Assembly (NCBI GenBank): GCA_964486045.1
Contig: CAZALK010000006.1
Span: forward strand, 171,385-235,384
DNA length: 64,000 bases
Direction of reading: 5' to 3'
Source: an uncultured archaeon
GTDB taxonomy: Archaea; Asgardarchaeota; Lokiarchaeia; Sigyniarchaeales; SOKP01
Below are positions 58,189 through 64,000 of the stretch, piece after piece. Positions within the stretch are counted from its first letter, which is position 1; every line of letters starts with the position of its first letter. The translations under genes and the position numbers were made by a program. The notes under the pieces were generated by a model. It was not told the DNA's origin. It made no database searches and saw only the letters and a program-made list of their open reading frames with translations.

Positions 58189-59187
58189 TTAGGTCACCCA
58201 GGTCTGAACTCCATTGAAGTCTAATTTTGCAGGGAGGATCTTGAAACCTTCTTTTATTAAATTTTTTTTAATTGAATATACCCTGCCGATGTCCGCTAAA
58301 ACAGTGGCGGACCCACCGCCTCCAGCTCCATTTAATTTGAATCCCAATGCTCCACTATTAAACGATATGAGTTCAGCTTTATTAATAAAAGGATTAGCCA
58401 TTAATTGATGTAAACTCTTTTGAGCACTCCAATTCTTATTCATAAGTTCCCCCATATAAGCAAGATCTTTAGAATTAATTGCTTTCTTCATATCATATGC
58501 ACAGTTTTTAATAATTTCAAAAGATTTAAGAGTTTTTAAATCACCTTTTTTATAGTTCTTAATTACAGCCTTATGCATTTCACTGGAACTTCGGGAGCTT
58601 ATAAATACCAATATCAATTGATTCTCTAATTCGCATATTTTTTCTTTATTGATTGGAATTGATGTTATTTTCACTGAAGGATAAGAAATGTTCATGAAAT
58701 TAATACCTCCAAATGCAGTAGCAAATTGATCTTGAACACCACTTTCTAATTTTAATTCTTCTACTTCGAGTTTATGAGCAAGGATAGCAATTTCTTCATT
58801 ATGCAAATTTATTCCTGAAAATTTCGCTAAGGCGGCAATTAACGCAACTGCTACACTTGCACTTGTTCCAGTCCCACACCCTGGAGGTGCCTCTGTTCTA
58901 ACAAAGATTTTAACCCCTTTTTTAATTCTCATTCGCTTTACAGCAGACTTTAGTAGGTCAAGGTTTCCATCATATTCAATCTTGCTTAAGTTATCAATTT
59001 TTGTTTGTAGATTAAGATTTTCTGAAACAATTTTTATAGAATTGTCGCTTGAAGGAACAATCCGTACATAACTATAAAGATCAACACAAATATTAAACAC
59101 AGCACCATTCGGGTAAAACCATGTATCAGTCCATCCGCCAATATCACAAATTCGAACTGGTGCCCTTGAAAATACAACCTTACTCAA
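58189..59187 (-). CDS. GHMP-family sugar kinase (HddA / heptose-7-phosphate kinase-like)
   Basis: RAPVRI..GGWTD, APPGCGTGTSAS, GVQDQ...AFGG and KL.GAGGGG motifs. Confidence 0.85.
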   Translation of the reverse strand: MSKVVFSRAPVRICDIGGWTDTWFYPNGAVFNICVDLYSYVRIVPSSDNSIKIVSENLNLQTKIDNLSKIEYDGNLDLLKSAVKRMRIKKGVKIFVRTEAPPGCGTGTSASVAVALIAALAKFSGINLHNEEIAILAHKLEVEELKLESGVQDQFATAFGGINFMNISYPSVKITSIPINKEKICELENQLILVFISSRSSSEMHKAVIKNYKKGDLKTLKSFEIIKNCAYDMKKAINSKDLAYMGELMNKNWSAQKSLHQLMANPFINKAELISFNSGALGFKLNGAGGGGSATVLADIGRVYSIKKNLIKEGFKILPAKLDFNGVQTWVT

Positions 59188-59652
59188 GAATTATCACACA
59201 ATCAGTTATTCCATTTAATATTTTTATTTTGTTAATCTTAAATGTGGAATAGAATTTTTCAATATAATTAATTTTGGTCAACATAATAAAAAATAAAGTA
59301 GTATAATAGTTCCATTATATTTACAACCAAGGTTTTTTAAAATTAGAAAAATCTCCTTATCGCATGAAGAAATAGTTTTCATGTGCGTGTTCATTACAAT
59401 TTGAGTAATTCGATTATTACAGAGCGAGATTTTAAGAAGTCTTCTCAAACTTTTAAATAATTATAAAACTGAGCCTGCTTATTATACAATTTTGATTTCA
59501 CAAGAATTGCATTTAGGAGGTGATTATTCATCGTTTAAGATGATTTGACCTTAAAGTTTAAAAATAAGAAAGACAGAATTATATTTAATTAATATTTAAA
59601 AAATAATTTAATTTAAATCATTTGTGAATCATTATAGGAGGAATAAAAAAAA

Positions 59653-59850
59653 ATGGCTAAAAAAGCTTCTGTAGATGTTCTTTTTGTAAAAAGCAAAGTA
59701 CGAGAATATATTAAGAGTAAGGAGTGTAATACGAGCGGAGATGTTATAGATGGTCCAGCTCTTAATAATGCAATTATCGAAGTTCTTGATAGAGCAATTG
59801 GTCGTGCGAAAGCTAATAATAGAAAAACTGTTCAAGAAAAAGATTTATAA
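59653..59850 (+). CDS. short alpha3-type histone-fold protein (face-to-face / bacterial-type histone-like)
   Basis: L.V.SKVREYIK....TSGD..D...I...L..AI.RAKAN.RKTVQ.KDL*. Strong GGAGGA RBS. Confidence 0.85.
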   Translation: MAKKASVDVLFVKSKVREYIKSKECNTSGDVIDGPALNNAIIEVLDRAIGRAKANNRKTVQEKDL

Positions 59851-59872
59851 TTTTCTTGTATTAAAAAATCAA

Positions 59873-59899
59873 ATTTTTTTTTTATTTAATTTTTTTTTT
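59873..59899 (+). terminator. oligo-T archaeal-type terminator after histone gene
   Basis: Two consecutive T tracts of about 10 nt, about 25-50 nt after the stop codon. Confidence 0.55.
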
Positions 59900-60208
59900 C
59901 ACTTTCATCATAAAAATCAATAATTTGTTGGTGTATCTCGATTAAAATTTTTAAAATTTCATATATTTATTACACACACAACCCAAAATAAAGAGTAAAA
60001 GACCCTTCCCAAATCGCCTTATACCTTAAACTACTTCTAACCAGTGAGGATCTAATATTCTTATTTTTACTATTTTTAAGAATCAGAGTTGTTTTTTTTT
60101 TCAATCATAAAAAATCCAATTGATATAACACTTTCTAATTTCTGTAAATCGTTTATATTCCTCTATTTTTAGCAGACTATTCAGCATTTTCTTATACAAG
60201 GATTGTGA

Positions 60209-60943
60209 CTATTTCTTTATGAAAATCGCTATTGGCACACTTGCTTCCCGCCATTGAGCTATTTTACCCGAATATTCCAAATCTAATTTGCTTCTACCGT
60301 GATCACCAATAATAATCATTAAAGAATTTTTCCTTAATTGTTTATAATTACTGAGAATCCATTTATCGGTCCGATTTATTAACTTTTCAATAAGATCTTC
60401 AGGTGTTCTCTGTCTTAACTGCTGTTGTTTCTTATGTAAATTCTCAAAATCTAAATAGTGCATCCAAGAAAAATCATGGGTATTAATAACCTGAGCGCTT
60501 TGAACCCAAGTACTCATATCCGAATCTTTAGGAATAGATTTAGTACCTCCATCATAGCGTTCAATGTCTTTTTTCCTCCCAATGAAACAAGATGTCTTTT
60601 TATTATTATTTAAATGTCTTAAAAGGTGGAATCCATTGGGCTCCTTTTCGAAACCACCATACATAAGTTGGTGTAGTACTCCTAATGTATATGGATTTTT
60701 AGTACTTAATAATAACATAACTTCTGAGTTTGTGATCATAAACGAGGGTTTGTGTAGTGTCACCTCGAAAAGCCCGAAATTATCAATTAAATTTATGCTA
60801 ACACGTTCAACATCTTGATAGAGATTAAGAACTTGCCATACCGGCTCAGGAATAATCCCTTGAGGTGGGGTAATATCAAATAGTTTCAGAATAGTTGCGG
60901 GCATTTGGTTTAAGTAGCATTTTAAAGTTTTTAACTCACTCAT
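60209..60943 (-). CDS. alkaline phosphatase/NPP superfamily-like protein (divergent)
   Basis: LIDNFG (cf. LIDGLG), Y.DF..L.H and IIIGDHG motifs, C-terminal VP..I. Confidence 0.6.
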   Translation of the reverse strand: MSELKTLKCYLNQMPATILKLFDITPPQGIIPEPVWQVLNLYQDVERVSINLIDNFGLFEVTLHKPSFMITNSEVMLLLSTKNPYTLGVLHQLMYGGFEKEPNGFHLLRHLNNNKKTSCFIGRKKDIERYDGGTKSIPKDSDMSTWVQSAQVINTHDFSWMHYLDFENLHKKQQQLRQRTPEDLIEKLINRTDKWILSNYKQLRKNSLMIIIGDHGRSKLDLEYSGKIAQWREASVPIAIFIKK

Positions 60944-61175
60944 AAAACAACATCAGAAATATTTCTCATTATACTTATAGGATTAAATGAAATCATAACT
61001 ATAAAAATTATTGCACAAATATTGAAACAACAAAATTGCATTATGTAGTGAACTTAGGGAAACAGCCCAAAAATGAACCAAAAACTTATTTTAATGAATA
61101 AAAATACAGAACAAGAAAAATATTCACTACCTAAAAAATTTGATTAAATTAATACCTTAAACTAACCCTAAGACT

Positions 61176-61502
61176 TTATTTACAAGGACAAATATTGTTA
61201 TAACATTCAATACAAAACCACTGATTTCGAGATATATTAAACTTCATATTCTTTTGTGACGAGTGACACCAACCACACATACATATTGAGGATTTCACGA
61301 TTTTTCGAATTTTATTTATTTCTCCTAATAACGAAGCTAGATATACCTCTACCCCCCCGCGATGACAAAGTAATACTTTCTTTCTTTCTTCTAATAGCTT
61401 AAATTCCCTTTCTTCGGCAACAGCTAACCATAGGGCTCTAAGATTATTTCTTATCTTTCTAAGCTGATAACTCTTTAAAAATATTGTTCTTTCTGTCTTC
61501 AT
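61176..61502 (-). CDS. hypothetical protein with C-terminal Zn finger
   Basis: SSICMCGWC....NM.FN....WFCIECY motif. Confidence 0.6.
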   Translation of the reverse strand: MKTERTIFLKSYQLRKIRNNLRALWLAVAEEREFKLLEERKKVLLCHRGGVEVYLASLLGEINKIRKIVKSSICMCGWCHSSQKNMKFNISRNQWFCIECYNNICPCK

Positions 61503-61552
61503 AAAGTTGAAAAAAAAGATTATTTAAATTTAATAATCTAGTGAGAATTACT

Positions 61553-63286
61553 TTATATAAAATTTAGGATGCCCATCTGGACTCCAAAAACTTTCCTCAT
61601 CAACAACAAATCAGGAATAGAAATATAAGAACTTATCGGTTTCCCCATTCTAAGTAACTCTACATAGTTCTCATTTTCTTCGACACCTATTTCCCAAAAC
61701 CTATTATAAGCGGTTCTATAGTAGTGATATATAAACTGTTTAATAGTATTACCGCTTCGGAGATATAATACCCGGTCATTGAATCTCGATAACCTCACTT
61801 GAAATGATGTCGATTGAGAGACTGTTGAGCTCCCTTGCTTCCACCATTCTAAAACTGTTCTCCCGTCAGCGAGAGTGTAATCAACACCGTTATTTAATTG
61901 TGAAAAGACTAGCTTTATATCTGCTTCACTTATGAGACCATTTGTACCGCTACCTTTATTACTTACACCCATTTTAATTAATCTTTGGAACCCTTCAAGT
62001 AACACATCTGAATCCTTCGATGATACTTCAGTCCCACTATATACACCGTGATATTGTCTATTCGTTAACATCATTCCTGAAACATATAAAGACCACCAAC
62101 TAGAGGGGTTACGATGGTGCCTCATGATTTGATTCATACCTTGTATAAAATCTGTATCTTCTAGGTTATCAAAGAAAATGAAGTCGAAACCTATGTCTCT
62201 TCCTAATAACATTAAGTTATCAAACGCTTTAATAGGTTCATCATTAAGAAATAAGCTCCTTCTACTTAATAAACTGGGGGAAGGTCTATACTTCTTGAGC
62301 AAATATCTTTTTATTGATTTTTCTCTATGATCTAAAAATTCATACACTTGCTCAATTGCAGACTCATATATAGTTGTAAAGGCTAGAGGATTTAGTAAAT
62401 ATTCGTCATCGTTAAAATTTTTCAAGGTAGAGACTATTTTATTTAAGTCAGGGATAGTTGTAGTATAATCATCAGTAGTAAGAGCTGAGGGTAATTCTCT
62501 CCTAGCTCCAGATAGGGCTTTAATTTTCTCAAATGTAATTTTTGGATCATTTTCGTGATATGCAAAGGCATCCCTGATAGTGTCTATTAAAGCTAACTCT
62601 CTTCGTTGAACGTCTTGACCGTATTTTTGTAGGAACCAATTAGAATTTTCAGCTAGGTGAGCAGAATTAAAGAAGTTATTCTCCATCCAAATATTTACAA
62701 TATCTAGACATTCAGATTTTAGAGATTCCAGAGTATCATGGTCTAGGTCTACTCCAAGTGTTTGTAAGTCAGGACCATTCCAGTTCGATATTACATTCTT
62801 CATCCAAAGTAAAGTAGTATGGGTGGGTCTACCATTCACTGCTGATGGTAATAAAAATATAAATTCCAAATATGACTCATCATTGAAAAATAGTTTGGAA
62901 AGAGTGTCAATTCCTCTGATTTCACCTAAGAATAATGATCTGTAAGAAGGACCAAACTTTTCATAACCGTATCCTTCTTTTCCCATTAAAAACTCAATTA
63001 AGATCCTCCTTGGATTATTCTCTGGGTATCTGCTTAAAAGTCCATCAATACTGAGGAAGTGTTCCACCTCAGAGATATAAGGCATTGCACTTGAATCCAA
63101 CTTCTGAAAGATATCTGTGACTTGTTGATGTGGTAAGGTTAATTTTTGCGTAATTGCATTCTTTATAGCATCTACATATCTATTGACAATCCCTATGTCC
63201 AGATGTGGTGTCTTACGATTTAATGAATTTAATGAAAGATAAAAAGCCTTAAAATTTAAGTAAGTTACGATTAACAAATCGTTCAT
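61553..63286 (-). CDS. hypothetical protein with possible HTH-like repeats and HNH-like motif
   Basis: 577 aa uninterrupted ORF containing RHHRNP...LTNRQYHG. Function uncertain. Confidence 0.55.
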   Translation of the reverse strand: MNDLLIVTYLNFKAFYLSLNSLNRKTPHLDIGIVNRYVDAIKNAITQKLTLPHQQVTDIFQKLDSSAMPYISEVEHFLSIDGLLSRYPENNPRRILIEFLMGKEGYGYEKFGPSYRSLFLGEIRGIDTLSKLFFNDESYLEFIFLLPSAVNGRPTHTTLLWMKNVISNWNGPDLQTLGVDLDHDTLESLKSECLDIVNIWMENNFFNSAHLAENSNWFLQKYGQDVQRRELALIDTIRDAFAYHENDPKITFEKIKALSGARRELPSALTTDDYTTTIPDLNKIVSTLKNFNDDEYLLNPLAFTTIYESAIEQVYEFLDHREKSIKRYLLKKYRPSPSLLSRRSLFLNDEPIKAFDNLMLLGRDIGFDFIFFDNLEDTDFIQGMNQIMRHHRNPSSWWSLYVSGMMLTNRQYHGVYSGTEVSSKDSDVLLEGFQRLIKMGVSNKGSGTNGLISEADIKLVFSQLNNGVDYTLADGRTVLEWWKQGSSTVSQSTSFQVRLSRFNDRVLYLRSGNTIKQFIYHYYRTAYNRFWEIGVEENENYVELLRMGKPISSYISIPDLLLMRKVFGVQMGILNFI

Positions 63287-63376
63287 TCGAATATGAAGCT
63301 GATCCTTCTTTCGATCTTATTGACGGGGGAGGGTATAAGGCATTAAAGAATTTGTTTATGATGAGGCTTGTCCTAA

Positions 63377-63943
63377 TTGCAGGTAAATACTAAGGTGACG
63401 ATTTTGAAGGAAGAAAACAAAAATAAAGAGGAATTTCAGAAAAAAGTTAAGCTATTTACCGTGCTGATGGATGATATTGCTAAAAAAATTGAAACCATTT
63501 GTGAAGAGAATAAAGAGGATGATCAGTTCAGGGAATACTACGAAGGTTATGCTAAAAAAGTCCCTTATGTAGAAGTTATTGAATCTAACACCAAAATTCT
63601 AAGATTAAACGGGTACTCATATGATTTAAAAGAAGCTTTTAGATACAATCCCCTTAATTTTGGATATTTACAAAAAATTAAGAAAGTTTATAAACAAACT
63701 CATAGAAAAGGACTTTATATTGTTACTGCTATGAAATTGGTCTTTTTTCGATTAGCAAGAAGGAATATAAGAGAAATTGATATTGAGAATACAGGCAAAA
63801 GAACAAAGATATCCGTAAAAAGGAATCTGCAGAGCAAATTTAGCGTCTTAGATGTATTAAATATTCAAGAACCAAAGGAAAAACTATTTATTCCGCTTAG
63901 ATCTTTTATTCAGGTATCTTATAAAGAAAAGGATTTCAATTGA
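63377..63943 (+). CDS. hypothetical basic protein
   Basis: 188 aa ORF. Start codon uncertain (TTG). Confidence 0.5.
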   Translation: MQVNTKVTILKEENKNKEEFQKKVKLFTVLMDDIAKKIETICEENKEDDQFREYYEGYAKKVPYVEVIESNTKILRLNGYSYDLKEAFRYNPLNFGYLQKIKKVYKQTHRKGLYIVTAMKLVFFRLARRNIREIDIENTGKRTKISVKRNLQSKFSVLDVLNIQEPKEKLFIPLRSFIQVSYKEKDFN

Positions 63944-63946
63944 GGG

Positions 63947-64000
<54 letters not shown>

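Noticed and set aside
59891-60120. Imperfect direct repeat T-tract...ATCATAAAAA(A)TC in the convergent spacer
   Set aside because: Low complexity and better explained as terminator tracts. There is no regular spacing, so it is not a CRISPR array.
60016-63341. 10 bp inverted match GCCTTATACC / GGTATAAGGC as possible terminal inverted repeats
   Set aside because: Too short to exceed chance over several kb, with no transposase or target-site duplication.

Overview
AT-rich archaeal chromosomal segment, most consistent with an Asgard (Lokiarchaeia-like) genome. The evidence is an archaeal uS15-eS1 pair, longin and roadblock proteins, a ubiquitin-like protein and a histone fold. About 1-14.1 kb is a divergently transcribed anaerobic aromatic-degradation cluster. 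Rightward it runs oah-dch-had, then bzdNOPQ (class I benzoyl-CoA reductase), bzdM ferredoxin and a bzdV-like oxidoreductase. Leftward it runs small CxxC protein, CoA ligase, thiolase and a 2-hydroxyacyl-CoA dehydratase-family gene cut by the window edge. 14-35 kb is mixed metabolic and accessory genes: purU, UbiA family, a MoxR-vWA pair, AmrS-type radical SAM, MFS, GDPD, a truncated TFS paralogue, RNase III, a GG-less ubiquitin-like protein and a stop-interrupted DUF2061-like gene. 35-51 kb is a tightly packed 16 kb envelope operon: LolD/MacB-type ATPase, two paralogous FtsX-type permeases, a large Ig-repeat membrane protein, and a membrane-anchored subtilase with a cytosolic Zn-finger tail. 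51-60 kb is housekeeping genes and eukaryotic-signature-like proteins. The right end has uncharacterised ORFs and a terminal poly-A run. No rRNA, tRNA, CRISPR array or transposase was recognised. All product calls come from reading motifs by eye; no database search was run.
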